Translations under genes and position numbers: made by a program
Origin: Malacoraja senta
Taxonomy: Eukaryota
Direction of reading: 5' to 3'
DNA: 64,000 bases
Assembly: GCA_038087875.1 (NCBI GenBank)
Contig: CM075994.1
Span: 3,226,001 to 3,290,000 of the forward strand
The notes under the pieces: model-generated
Told to the model about the DNA's origin: nothing
Databases searched by the model: none
The model's input: only the letters and a program-made list of their open reading frames with translations
Shown here: piece by piece, positions 13,688 to 27,969 of the stretch
How the letters are laid out: every line of letters starts with the position of its first letter
How positions within the stretch are numbered: the first letter of the stretch is position 1

Positions 13688-13831
13688 TATGTGTATGTGT
13701 TTACATACTTGGCTAATAAATTAATTTCCATTACAATACATGGTCGTCCAGACCCTCATCGCCAGTGAAGGGAAAAACATGTCTGGAGGACTGCTGACAT
13801 TCTTTCTTCCTTGCGTATTATTTTCTTTCAG

Positions 13832-13858
13832 AAGCTGTACTCATCGACAAGGAGAAAG
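13832..13858 (+). CDS. Microexon 27 nt, (E)AVLIDKEK
   Basis: ttattttctttcag|...aaag|gtgcgt; phase 1-1. Confidence 0.75.
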
Positions 13859-14197
13859 GTGCGTTATTATGTACTCTGAAAAGACTCCGGATGATGCAAT
13901 AACAAACTATAGATCTTAGCGAGTCAGAGAGCATATGTAGACGGAATTAATCTGCAGATGCGCAGCGTCCTGAACGTCAGCAGTCTGCAGAAAGATTAGG
14001 ACAAGAGACGCCGCTTGTATATTTCCTGTGTGGGGCGCCCTGAATTCCTGCTCATCGCCTGATCGCTTAAGTTCAAGCAGTAGTTGCGTTGTTTTTTTTT
14101 GCTGAAGGTGCACAACAACATATATGCGTTATTCGAACCAGCATAATAAAGCATGGAGTGCATCATAGATTGAAAAACCTTGAATTTTGTTTCTCAG

Positions 14198-14233
14198 AAC
14201 TCAGATCTTTGAAGCAAACTTTGCAAGTTACAC
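14198..14233 (+). CDS. Microexon 36 nt, (E)LRSLKQTLQVT
   Basis: ttttgtttctcag|...cac|gtgagt; phase 1-1. Confidence 0.8.
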
Positions 14234-14410
14234 GTGAGTAACAACTTCGCACAAACCCAGAAAGCATGAAACCAAACTGTGCCATACGTGTGTTTACTAC
14301 AGCCAAATGTGGCCTGTTCATGAAAAATAATTAAGAATAGCGAAACTTTTCACCTTATTTCCGCTATTTCCTGAATATTTTCAAACTCCATTCAAATATT
14401 ATGATGCCGG

Positions 14411-16570
14411 AAATAGACAATAGACAATAGACAATAGGTGTAGGAGTAGGCCATTTGGCCCTTCGAGCCAGCACCGCCATTCAATGTGATCATAGCTGAT
14501 CATCCCCAATCAGTTTCCCGTTCCTGCCTTCTCCCCATATCCCCTGACTCCACTATTTTTAAGAGCCCTATCTAGCTCTCTCTTGAAAGCATCCAGAGAA
14601 CCTGCCTCCACCTGAGGCAGAGAATTCCACAGACTCACCACTCTTTGTGAGAAAAAGTGTTTCCTCGTCTCCGTTCAAAATGGCTTCCTCCTTATTCTAA
14701 AACAGTGCCCCTGGTTCTGAACTCCCCCAACATCGGGAACATGTTTCCTGCCTCTAGCGTGTCCAAGCCCTTAACAATCTTATATGTTTCAATGATATCT
14801 CCTCTCATCCTTCTAAACTCCAGAATGTACAAGCCCAGCTGCTCCATTCTCTCAGCATAAGACAGTCCCACCATCCCAGGAATTAAACCTGTAAACCTGC
14901 GTTGCACTCCCTCGATAGCAAGAATGTCCTTCCTCAAATTAGGGGAACAAAACTGCACACAATACTCCAGGTGTGGTCTCACTGGGGCTCTGTACAACTG
15001 CAGAATCACCTCTTTGCGCCTATTATCGATTCATCTTGTAATAAAAGCCAACATACCATTCGCTTTCTTGGCTGCCTGCTGTACCTGCATGCTTACTTTC
15101 ATAGACTGATGTAAAAGGACCCCCAGATCCCGTTGTACATCCCCTTTTCCCAACGTGACGCCATTTAGATAGTAATCTGCCTTCCTGTTTTTGCTACTAA
15201 AGTGGATAACCTCACATTTATCCGCATTAAACTTCATCTGCCTTGCATCTGCCCACTCCCCCAACCTGTCCAAGTCACCCTGCGTGCTCATAGCATCCTC
15301 CTCACAGTTCACACTGCTGCCCAGCTTTGTGTCATCTGCAAATTTGCTTATGTTACTTTGAATCCCTTCATACAAATCATGTATTTATATTGTAAATAAC
15401 TGCGGTCCCAGCACCGAGCCTTGCGGTACGCCACTAGTCACTCTCTGCCATTCTGAAAGGGACCCATTAATCCCTACTCTTTGTTTCCTGTCTGCCAAAC
15501 ACTTCTCGATCCATGTCAGCACTCTACCCCCAATAATATGTGCCCCAATTTTGCCCACTAATCTCCTATGTGGGACCTTATCAAATGCTTTCTGAAAGTC
15601 CTGGTACACTACATCCACTGGCTCTAGTTACATCTTCAAAAAATTCCAGAAGATTAGTTACATCTTCAAAAAAAGAGCAGAGGATTAGTCAAGCATGATT
15701 TCCCCTTCGTAAATCCATGCTGACTCGGACCGATCCTGTTACTGCTATCCAAATGTGCGGCTATCTCATCTTTTATAATTGACTCCAGCATCTTCCCCGC
15801 CACCGATGTCAGGCTAACTGGTCTATAATTCCCAGCTTTCTCTCTCCCGCCTTTCTTTAAAAATGGGATAACATTAGCTACCCTCCAATCCACAGGAACT
15901 GATCCTGAGTCTATAGAACATTAGAAAATTATCACCAATGCATCCACGATTTCTAGAGCCACTTCCTTAAGTACCCTGAGATGCAGACTATCAGGCCTGG
16001 AGATTTATCAGCCATCAGTCCCATCAGTCTATCCAACACCATTTCCTGCCTAATGTGGATTTCCTTCAGTTCCTCTGTCACCCCAGATCCTCTGGCCACT
16101 AATATATCTGGAAGATTGTTTGTGTCCTCCTTAGTGAAGGCAGATCAATAGTACCTGTTCAACGCATCTGCCATGTCCTTGTTCCCCATAATAAATTCAA
16201 CTTTTTTCGGTCTTCAAGGGTCCAACTTTGGTCTTAACTAATGTTTTCCTCTTCACATACCTAAAGATGCTTTTACTATCCTGCTTTATATTCTTGGCTA
16301 GCTTACCTGCGTACCTCATCTTTTCTCCCCGTATTGTCTTTATGGTTATCTTCTGTTGTTCTTTAAACATTACCCAATCCTCATGCTTCCCGCTCACCTT
16401 TGCTACGTTGTACGTCTTCGCTTTAATATGTATACTGTCCCTGACGACCCTGATGTCAGCCATGGTTGTCCCTTTCTCCCCTTGGAATATTTCTTCCTCC
16501 TAGGAATGAATTGATCCTGCACCTTCTGTATTATTCCTAGAAACACCTGCCATTTTTGTTCCACTGTCAT
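14411..16570 (-). mobile_element. CR1 LINE, decayed
   Basis: SKFADDTKLG, DFQKAFDKVPH, GVPQGSVLGP; (AGACAAT)n tail. Confidence 0.95.
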
Positions 16571-16715
16571 TGAAATATATGAAATAAACAATTAATTCAA
16601 TCTAATGATTTATTCAGGAATATTTCATTCACGTCTTCTAACTATTAATATAGTTATATTTACTTTCACAATGAAGAATGAATGTTATCAAATCACTTGC
16701 ATTTTTGCCATATAG

Positions 16716-16742
16716 AAGAAAGCCTAAAACAACGAGATGAAG
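16716..16742 (+). CDS. Microexon 27 nt, (Q)ESLKQRDE
   Basis: tttttgccatatag|...gaag|gtaaaa; phase 1-1. Confidence 0.75.
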
Positions 16743-17355
16743 GTAAAAGTGAGCATTTCATAATTGTCCCACCTAAAGTGAAAAGTTTATGTTCCAAAAT
16801 GATGCTGAGCATAATTGGTGTAATTTCAGATATTTTTACGAACCTCGGGCGTTAAATGACCATCAGGATCAAATGTGTGCTTCCCCATTTATTTTTCTTG
16901 CATATACTTCACTACAGTAGGATTCGCCTTGTGTTTGGCTACAAATATCCACCCATCCAATATTTTTAATATCACATTGATTGAAGTTTCTATGTTCCCC
17001 ATTGTCGGAACAATCTGGGTAGTTTAGGCACGAAGCACCAACTATCAGTGAGTAATCCATTAAGATCATCGGAATTTCCCGAAGCTGATTCGGGAATAAT
17101 TGACGTAGAACGATATATTCTCTCCAGATTCCGCAAGTTCCTATGCTTTGCATGGTATTTGCGGTACGTGTGATAAAAATGCAAGTAAGAATTTCATTGT
17201 TCTATCTGGGACATATGACAATAAAACACTCTTTACTCTTGACTCTTGACAATGAATTGTAGCGTATAAATTATAGCGAATAAAGCCTAGCTGTTTGCAG
17301 TGTAGCTGCTGCTGGCGCCGAACATGGCTGCCACGTTATACTGTTCCTTGCTATT

Positions 17356-17555
17356 NNNNNNNNNNNNNNNNNNNNNNNNNNNNNNNNNNNNNNNNNNNNN
17401 NNNNNNNNNNNNNNNNNNNNNNNNNNNNNNNNNNNNNNNNNNNNNNNNNNNNNNNNNNNNNNNNNNNNNNNNNNNNNNNNNNNNNNNNNNNNNNNNNNNN
17501 NNNNNNNNNNNNNNNNNNNNNNNNNNNNNNNNNNNNNNNNNNNNNNNNNNNNNNN
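17356..17555. other. Assembly gap (200 N)
   Basis: Run of N. Confidence 1.
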
Positions 17556-19340
17556 GGGTCCCAACACTGAGCCTTGCGGTACCCCCACTAGTCACTGCCT
17601 GCCACTCTGAAAAGGACCTGTTTACTCCTACTCTTTGTTTCCTGTCTGCCAGTCAGTTCTCTATCCACATCAATACAGGACCCCCAATACCACTAATCAC
17701 TTATGTGGGACCTTGTCGAAAGCCTTCTGAAGGTCCAGATATAACACATCCACTGCTTCTCCCTTATCCACTTTACTAGTTACATCCTCGAAAATTATAT
17801 AAGATTCGTCAGACATGATTTACCTTTCGTAAAATCCATGCTGACTTTGTACAATGATTTCACCCCTATCCAAATGTGCTGCAATCCCATCTTGAATAAC
17901 TGACTCTAGCAGCTTCCCACTACCGAAGTTAGACTAACTGGTCTGTAATTCCCCGTTTTCTCTCTCGCTCCCTTTTTTAAATGTGGGGTTACATTAGCTA
18001 CCCTCCAATTCCCAGGAACTACTCCAGAATCTAAGGTGTTTAAAAAAATTATCACTAATGCATCCACTATTTCTGGGGCTACTTCCTTAAGTACTCTGGG
18101 GATGCAGCCTATCTGGCCCTGGGGATTTATCGGCCTTTAATCCATTCAATTTACCTAACACCACTGCCCGGCTAACCTGGATTTCACTCAGTTCCTCCAT
18201 CTCATTTGACCCGCGGTCCGCTGCTATTTCCGGCAGATTATTTATGTCTTCCTTGGTGAAGACAGAACCACAGTAGTTATTCAATTGGTCTGGCATGTCC
18301 TTGTTCCCTATGATCAATTCACATGTTTCTGACTGCAAGGGACCTACATTTGTTTTAACTAATCTCTTTCTCTTCGCATATTTATAAAAATGTGTGCAGT
18401 CAGTTTTTATGTTCCCTGCCAGTTTTCTTTCATAACCTATTTTCCCTTTCCTAATTAAGCCCTTTGTCCTCCTCTGCTGGACTCTGAATTTCTCCCAGTC
18501 ATATGGTAGGCTGCTTTTTCTGGCTAATTTGTACGCTCATCTTTTGTTTTGATACTATCCCCTAATTCCCCTTGTTATCCACGGATGCACTACCTTCCCT
18601 GATGTATTCTTTTCCCCAAACTGGAATGAACAATTGTTGTAGTTCATCCATGCAGTCTTTAAATGCCTTCCCTTGCATATCCATCGTCAACCCTTTAAGA
18701 ATCAATTGCCAGTCAATCTTGGCCAATTCACGTTTCGTACCCTCAAAGTTACCTTTCTTTAAGTTCAGAACCCTTGTTTCTGAATTAACAATGCCACTCT
18801 CCATTTAATGAAGAATTCAACCATGTTATGGTCACTCTTGCCCAAGGGGCCACGCACAACACGACTGCTAACTAATCCTTCCTCATTACACACTGATCTG
18901 TTATGTATTTATGCCTAAAATATTATTTTGTGCTGGCAAGACTTTCACTGTCTTATCTGGGTCACATGACAATAAAACTCTCTTGACTGTTTATTTGAAT
19001 TCTAGAGCCACCTCAATGAGTATCCTGGGATGTAGACCATCAGGACTTGAGCATTTATCAGCCTTCAGTCCCATCAGTCAACCAGCACTATTTCTTGCCA
19101 AATGTGAATTCCTGCAGTCCCTCCGTCACCGTAGGTCCTCTGGCCGCTAGTACATCTGAGAGATTGTTTGTGTCCAAAGTGCCTGTTCAACTCGTCTGCC
19201 ATGTCCTTGCTCCCCATAATACATGCACCTGTTTCTGTCATCAAGGGACCCACATTTGTCTTCTCTCATATTTTCCTCTTCATCTAACTAAAGAAGCTTT
19301 TACTATCCTCCTTTATATTCTTGGCGTGCTCACCTTACAT
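17556..19340 (-). mobile_element. CR1 LINE fragments (ORF2 middle; two pieces)
   Basis: GVPQGSVLGP, SVFTKEDINNLPE, LKADKSPGPD. Confidence 0.9.
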
Positions 19341-20165
19341 CTCGAGGATGTTCTGAAGTCGGTCCGAGACATCTTGAACCCTGGCACGAGGGAGGCAACA
19401 GACTATCCCCGAGTCTCGCCTGCCGCTACAGAATCTTCTGTCCATACCTCGGACAATGGAGTCACCCACGACCGTGGCTTTGTTCGACGACGGCCTCGCC
19501 GGTGGAGCTTCAGCGCCAGGTTTGGAGCCACCGACCTGTCCGCCGCTCGGACTGGAGCGTCGTCTGCCCCGACAGCTTCCAAGAGTGTGTGCCCGTTTTC
19601 ATTAGGTACAGTCACCGGGTGGCGCACGCTTACTCCTCTTTCTCACAGTCAACCCACCTTCGCTCTTCAGGTACACTTGGTGTGACAAACCCACTGAAGG
19701 TCTTATCAAGGAATCTCTCGTTTTCCCGGATGCCCCTGAGGTCATCCAGGTGCTTCTCCAGTCTCCAACACGTTCATTAAGGAGCTGCACCTGAGCACAT
19801 TCTCTCCAGGTACAGTTTCCAGAAGCACCAGCGTTGTCCCTGACTTCGTACATCCCGAAGGAAACACACTGTGGCAACTTGCCTGCCATTTCTTTAGTGG
19901 GCAAACATCACAAATCGCAAATTTCGATCAAGTGTAGCCTTCTTGCCTCAACCTCCTCGCCGAAGACTCTCGAGCAAAAGGCTCACACTTTACTCACCAG
20001 GACACTCTCGAGCCAAAGACTCGCAATTTACTCACCAAGGGACTCTCGAGCCAAAGACTAAGACCTTACTCACCAAAGCCGTCTCGAGCCAAACATTCAC
20101 ACATTGCTCACCAAGGCACTTCACCTCAGGAAGGCTTTTCCGCTACAGCTTTAAATCTCTTACCT
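19340..20165 (-). mobile_element. CR1 5' region: ORF1 remnants (Cys-rich start, esterase-like part) and 5' UTR with ~30-bp tandem repeats at 19965-20120
   Basis: MAGKLPQCVSFGMYEV...CTWREC; GDSIVRG-like motif; similar to 61820-61960. Confidence 0.75.
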
Positions 20166-20171
20166 AATTAA

Positions 20172-20538
20172 CTCGTAGCCCATCCCTCGGTCCTGACTGA
20201 CCGTGGGTGATGCATCCTAGTTGTTGGCTGCTTGCTCCAAACCTCGGCTAGAGCAGCGTCGCTTGTGGCTGAAGAGACCATGGCGGGAGTGACAGTTTCT
20301 GTCGCAAAGGTCACATTTGTGTGTGGTCTCTGGTCTTTTGAAGTCTCTGCGCTCCTCTCTGCGTGCCCGCTTGTCTGCCGCTGCGTTCATGAGTTTCTCT
20401 TCCCCCGTTGAGAGATGTTGGTTCAGGGTACCTCTCCACGTCGTGCGGTCAGCTGCAAGGCTCTACCAGGACTCCACGTTGTTGTGGAGCCCTTTCATGT
20501 CTCTCTTGCAGTCATCCTCGTAGCGTAGCTGGGGGCGA
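20172..20538 (-). mobile_element. RTE-clade LINE 3' end
   Basis: Minus-strand translation RPQLRYEDDCKRDMK...AADRTTWR...HKCDLCDRNCHSRHGLFSHKRRC, typical RTE C-terminal zinc finger. Confidence 0.8.
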
Positions 20539-20667
20539 ATTAATGCAATCAGGGCAGGTAGGTTGGTTCGTTAAGTTGATTTACTAACACAATAGTGCTA
20601 TTGACATTTCAAAGTTATACAGTATTTTGCTTTCTGATGGAAATAATACTTATCCCTTTTATGTCAG

Positions 20668-20703
20668 AACTGCTGGCTCTCCGGAAGTCGGCGAGTGAAT
20701 ATG
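20668..20703 (+). CDS. Microexon 36 nt, (E)LLALRKSASEY, no canonical donor; alternative 27-nt form ends at 20694 (|gtgaat)
   Basis: Good acceptor ccttttatgtcag; the 36-nt length preserves the heptad register but is followed by caattc. Confidence 0.55.
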
Positions 20704-21185
20704 CAATTCTAATTCCCTCGCATCAGAAGCTTAATGTAAACATTCACGATTTCATTTTAAACTTCATACTATCATTAAACAATTCGAAAATTGCATATGG
20801 CAAGTATTGTTCTAAACTGAATTTCGATCCACCCTCTCCTCGCGTGGAGGTATCCCACCACATATAAGATGCGTCATCCAATGTTGGTGCAAGAATTATC
20901 CTACAAAGATTAAACTACAACGGTGCATATTTCAGTCACATAAAAAATATATAAATGTCAACAGTTATCTCAATGCATTCTCTATTTAAAGCTCGGCTGA
21001 CTTGCCACCGTTACATCTACCTTTTCGGTGCGTGTTTTTTATCCCAAATCAGAATCCTTGGACACGAAAAGATTTAATATGAATTGGGGTAAAAACTGCG
21101 CAGAAGTGTAAGTCCTCAGAAAATAGCAGTAAAACTAACAAAAGTCAAGGACAAGTCCTGAGAATGTTTCTTGATTACATTTCAG

Positions 21186-21212
21186 AACAACAACTACTTG
21201 CCAAAGATAGTG
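21186..21212 (+). CDS. Microexon 27 nt, (E)QQLLAKDS
   Basis: ttacatttcag|...agtg|gtacgt; phase 1-1. Confidence 0.8.
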
Positions 21213-21367
21213 GTACGTTTTTGAAAATGAAGACATATGGCGAATTTGTAATTTATTTCACGAAAAATGCTGAATATCTAAAGCAAACGCATGAAAAAAG
21301 ACGACAGATAGGAAAACATTCATGAAGTTCCATAAGAAAGTCGAAAAGAATAGCAATTTAGTTATTC

Positions 21368-21848
<481 letters not shown>

Positions 21849-22045
21849 GAGAACCTCTACCATACTCCTTGATGGCTTCTTCAAAATGAAATACTTGGGA
21901 ACAAGTTATGTATTCGAACCTGCGAGTGCATTGCGATTTCATTTTAACAAAACGTCAAAGTGAAAGATGCTAGAGAAAGCACAAATAACGCACATAAGGT
22001 TTTTGAATTGGTAACCGCTGACCACATGCATACCCTTCATTTTAG

Positions 22046-22081
22046 AATTCAATACGGTGCAACTAAATCTGCAAGCAAAAG
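22046..22081 (+). CDS. Microexon 36 nt, (E)FNTVQLNLQAK
   Basis: cccttcattttag|...aaag|gtgaat; phase 1-1. Confidence 0.75.
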
Positions 22082-22925
22082 GTGAATTAAGTAAAGGAAT
22101 GATAATTTAATTCCATCCAAAGTTTCATTAAATCGTGGTCTACGCGACGGAAGTACAGGCGTCTGCGCTTAATATTTATATCTGACGGGTGCAGGGGCCC
22201 AGGGCGGGCCAACTCGATGGCCCAAAGATAAATCGCTATTAGAGTAAGTTGCAAGTATTTTGTTTGCTGTATGATCTGCAATATCTCAAGGACTCCCGTA
22301 TAACCAAATCAAAACTAAAATATTTAAAAGTGTTGCAATAATACCTACCGCTAATCAAGTTAATTAATGGCGGTGAACCATTAACGCGATGGGCTTCTCA
22401 TTGGTTATATATTCTATGGCTATGATAACGCATAGGAAACTATAGCTAAGTTAACATGTTTTGTTTCCCTCCTTCCGTTCAGCAATGTACCCAGTCGCAC
22501 AGCGAGGCGCATTTGCAACGGCATCTGGCATCCAAAATAACTGCGATATTCGTAGTTGCGTTCACAGTAGATGCCAGATACAACCCGAACACAGCGGTAT
22601 ATCGATAAAGTTCACCATTAGAACACTGCCTTCCACTGCCTTATTCTGCCTTCCACTGTTATACCAAGCATGCTTAATTGTAAACGCGGACTTATAGAGA
22701 GAATCAACAGTCTCTTGCAAAGCGGCTCTGTTCACACGTGTTCAATTTAATGGAGAAATCTATTGCATATTGCTATATCCATTTAATTTATTGAGCTCTT
22801 TCGATCCAACATGGCACGAACCGCTTTATCCGAACTATATGGAATAATTAGGAAAACATTTAAGATTATTCGATTAAGACATGAAGCATATGATATCCTA
22901 ACCACGATTATTTTGGTTTTAAAAG

Positions 22926-22952
22926 AAAACGCACTTTCAACGAAAAATGCAG
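22926..22952 (+). CDS. Microexon 27 nt, (E)NALSTKNA
   Basis: tttttggttttaaaag|...gcag|gtacta; phase 1-1. Confidence 0.75.
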
Positions 22953-23228
22953 GTACTAAAGTAAATGCTAATATACTTTATACTTCTTTAAATGTTCACA
23001 GTGGTTGATGTGTAAACATACTGGAATGTGTTACCTTTCCTTTGGCGTGTGCCGTCCATTCACCAACCTGTTCACTTTGTGTGTGTTTTTCCCTTGTTTA
23101 TTTATCGTTTCGTTTTAATCTCAAAGTATCAATTCAGCCGCAAGGATTGACTGGAAGCACGTGGACTGCATGTTGCTTCCTTTTCGAGATGTTCAAAGCC
23201 CAAGTTTAGCTACAGAGATAGAGCGATA

Positions 23229-23539
23229 GGGGCACAGCGATAAAGTTGCTGCTTTACAGTGCTTGCAGCGCAAGAAACCCGTGTTCGATCCTGACTACAG
23301 TCTGTAATGACTGCACGAAGCTACTACTTTCTACCCGTGACCGCGAGCGTTTTCTCCGAGATCATCCGGTTTCCTCCCACATACCAAGGAGGTACAGTTG
23401 TATAGATTAAATGACTTGGTATAAGTGTACATTGTCCCTTGTGTGTTTTGGATAGTGTTAATGTGGGGATCGCTGGTCGACGCAGCATCGCTGGGCCGAA
23501 GAGCCTGTTTCCGCGCTGTATCTCTAAACTAAACTAAAC
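23229..23539 (+). mobile_element. tRNA-derived SINE (HE1/V-SINE-like)
   Basis: B-box-like gttcgatcc, core tccggtttcctcccaca, 3' gggccgaagagcctgtttccgcgctgta plus (CTAAA)n. Confidence 0.85.
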
Positions 23540-23973
23540 GAAAAGACAGTCCTGATAACTTGTACTCAAGGATTATTCCGTTTGCTGATATCATGGCCAA
23601 AATGAGTACTCATTGTGGTGACTCCCGTTATTACATTTTGTACGGAACTGTGCACCAGGGCAAATTTTTAAAAAACTGCACATTAGTCTGTCGAAATATT
23701 GTGAATAATATAGATCACGTATTCACAATAGCAACACTAAACGCACGTTTATTTGCAAATTCTGATGCCAAAGCCTTGATGGCTTACGCTGATCTGCGGC
23801 ATAGAATTTCCACACTGAATATTTTGCAAACAGTCAGAAAAGCTTGATGAACGGGGTCTATCATAATACAATAGGGGAGTAATGTAAATATATAGAATCC
23901 CGTGTAGAAATATGCAACTGCTGGGAGAGATTTAAAAAAGAAAAATATCAAAAATTATCATGCTTACTTCCAG

Positions 23974-24009
23974 AATTAGAAAAAGTGAAAGACAATCTGC
24001 AAACTTCAG
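23974..24009 (+). CDS. Microexon 36 nt, (E)LEKVKDNLQTS
   Basis: tgcttacttccag|...tcag|gtgagg; phase 1-1. Confidence 0.8.
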
Positions 24010-24665
24010 GTGAGGAAATGTGTTTAAAACATTAGGTTACAACCTATCTTTAATTATTATTATCATTATTATTGTTGTTATTATTATTATTAGTTTTACT
24101 TTTGTGAATAATTTTAGTTTTGAACACTTAAATAAGTAATTTTCCGGTAAATTTTAAGTGGTAGCTTGCTGAATTATACAGATGCATAGATCGGTTGCTG
24201 GTAGTCTATACAGTTATTGCTGGTTAACTGACGGGGTTCTACGCCTGTGCGATTCAATTAATCTGAAGACTTTATGAGAATCGAAGTTGAGGTATAAAAC
24301 ACGACACGATAATCAACGTTTTATTTTCTCGCAATTAACGGTAAACAATGAGGTTTGCAAGAAATGTTCACTATATACCTAATTTCAGCAGTTTCGGATT
24401 CTGAACGATTTATCGAATCTCATATACAATCTAATTTCTGGACAACAAGCAAAGTACATGCAAAATAATACAGACAATGGATATACGACAGATAATGGGG
24501 TGGAAAATACCGAAATAGTTCCGAGCTCCGGTAGTATTTGCGGTAAATTAAAATCATTTTTTATAGATAACTTTCACCCGAATTTCCATCCGCTTCCCAA
24601 ACGCTGATGTTCTTACCTTCTCAGTTTGATGTGTTTTGTTCACATTCCACTTTATTTAACTGCAG

Positions 24666-24692
24666 AAGTACTGTTGAAAATGAAGATTAAAG
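24666..24692 (+). CDS. Microexon 27 nt, (E)VLLKMKIK
   Basis: tttatttaactgcag|...aaag|gtagga; the other two frames contain stops. Confidence 0.75.
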
Positions 24693-25039
24693 GTAGGAAT
24701 CTAGAATTCAGGAGATTCAATTGGAATGGTCAAGATTTAACCCGAATATAAAGATTCGCCTATATCGGATATACAGAGACGGACAAACATAAAATATTCA
24801 AAATTAAATGATGGAAAGTTGTCTTTGTATGAACCCCTCTTGAATAATAGAGCATAAATCTCGAGAATCGTAGTAAATACGTCACGGCATGGCGCGAACT
24901 TAACCAAGAAATGGACAGGCATTATATTTCATACACGCACCAAATATATTTCACAACTCTCTGAATTTGAAACCGGCATATATAAACTGTAAATGACGCA
25001 TCTAGTTAAATCTCACAAGTAGTTTTCCTTCATGTTTAG

Positions 25040-25066
25040 AACTCGTTGAATGCCAGCATGATAGCG
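25040..25066 (+). CDS. Microexon 27 nt, (E)LVECQHDS
   Basis: ttttccttcatgtttag|...gcg|gtattt; fits heptad register. Confidence 0.65.
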
Positions 25067-25805
25067 GTATTTATACAATCTTATATCCATTATTTCATAA
25101 ACTATATAACAGAGCGATTGCCTGTCCGAATGTGCGATTGTGCGTATGTGTGTGTGCGTGTCTTATAACATAACTTTATAAAATAAAATTAAAGTGGAAA
25201 TATAGAAAGCGATGTGGGAAACTATATTAATTTGTGCAAACTTGCAGTAAGATGTATCGAGTGTTGATAAATACGATGATTCGTCATTTGGGAGAATAAG
25301 CGGCAGATGTAAAAGAAAGAGTCATACGCTGATAGGAGCATGGACCAGCAGGCCATTCGATCCTAATGTCCACTCCGGCAATGGACACCCTTCGGTATTA
25401 ATGGCACCTTCCAACATTTAACCCGTTGCATTTTACAGTTAAGAAACATAAATTATCCGCGGGACAACAGTTAAATACTATCAACGACTTTGCTTACTCG
25501 ATTCTCTACCAGTGTATTCCAGTTATTCGCCACTTTTTGAGTTAAAAAGCCCACCTTGTATCGACTTTATAAGTTGAATAAGTTGCCCCTTATTCCTTAT
25601 CCCAAAATACATGTTTGCAAAGAGTCTGTAACAAAACAATAGCAACCCACACCAAACGAGGCACTTAAAACACATTTAAACAGAGATTTCGATTGACCAT
25701 TGTGTAGATCAGGCTCACCGTCTAGTACAAGTAGTGACAGAATATAAATTTCTCCATTCTGAAACGTAAATCAGTTTCAGTCTCCAGAAAATAAATAACA
25801 AACAA

Positions 25806-26887
<1,082 letters not shown>

Positions 26888-27057
26888 TTAGACTCGTGCT
26901 TCTCAATGCATTACAATTTTAATTAAATCCGCTGCTGGATTTGTGTATTTACTTACAAATCCCGGAACAAATGCCCTACAAAGATCGTGAAATTGGAAGG
27001 AACCATATATTAAGCATTCTCCCGAATGAAAGACACTTTAATGATGTCATGTTTTAA

Positions 27058-27185
27058 AAACTGCAGATGCTGGAAAAATCGAAAGTAGACAAAATGTGCT
27101 GGAGAGAGTCAGCGGGTTAGGCAGCATCTATGGAGAAAAGGATGCTGCCTCACCCTCTGAATTTTCCAGCATATTTTTGTCTACT
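27058..27185. mobile_element. Palindromic Penelope-type repeat, centre deleted
   Basis: Arms gtagacaaaatgtgctggaga...ggcagcatc and gatgctgcc...tccagcatatttttgtctac. Confidence 0.65.
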
Positions 27186-27443
27186 TCATGGTGTCATGAA
27201 GTGTGTTGTCCACCCAGAGAGTTTTGTCCACTTTAGCCACACACTTACCAGAGAGAACGTGATCCAATCAAAATCCTTCCCAATAAATATTTGAATATTC
27301 GCCATTTGTGATTAAATAGTCGGAAAGAATATCAAGTTTTACAAATACAGGTGAACCGATATGCCTGAACTCAAAGAGTTCAAATATACTTGATATTTCA
27401 ACGCGTTTTATTTTACGTGTAATAAACATAGTTTTTATCACAG

Positions 27444-27470
27444 CGGTACAAGGGGATTATTCAACCAGTG
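27444..27470 (+). CDS. Microexon 27 nt, (A)VQGDYSTS
   Basis: tttttatcacag|...agtg|gtaagt, strong sites. Confidence 0.75.
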
Positions 27471-27969
27471 GTAAGTTATGGATTAAGATGATACTACAAT
27501 AATAAGAATAACATATTACTTGAAAGTGGATGCATCTCCCATTGTCAAATGTAAAAAACGTGGACAGTCCTTTTGAAATATATCAGATATCAAAGGGGAA
27601 AATAAGAATCAAAAATTCCCGCATTGACTTTATTCGCAATTCAAAGCATTTCTCCTCCTTTTAAAATACAGTAAACTGTCTATTCACTTGAAAATAAGTT
27701 TACAGTCGGTTTCTTTGTTTTAACTAAGTTTACAAGGAATAATGAGTGTGACAGTAGCGATGTATATTGGAAATAGTCAGGGAAAGTAGATGCACTTTTC
27801 ATAATTCCAGAAAAATTAAGATATAATACAATAGTTTCGAAAATTGAAGGCCACAGAGCCGTTTGTTTTCAAACCATTGTCGATGTATTTTCCGTCCTAT
27901 CTTGATGTAGTTATGTTGTCGTGAAATGCGAAAAACAACGTGTTAATCCGACGTCTGATTTACGAGTTA

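Noticed and set aside
17128..17163. Possible 27- or 36-nt exon (D)SASSYALH(GIC)
   Set aside because: Good acceptor, but it abuts a LINE-tail fragment and would break the leucine register.
17271..17779. ORFs spanning X runs
   Set aside because: Artefacts of the N gap.
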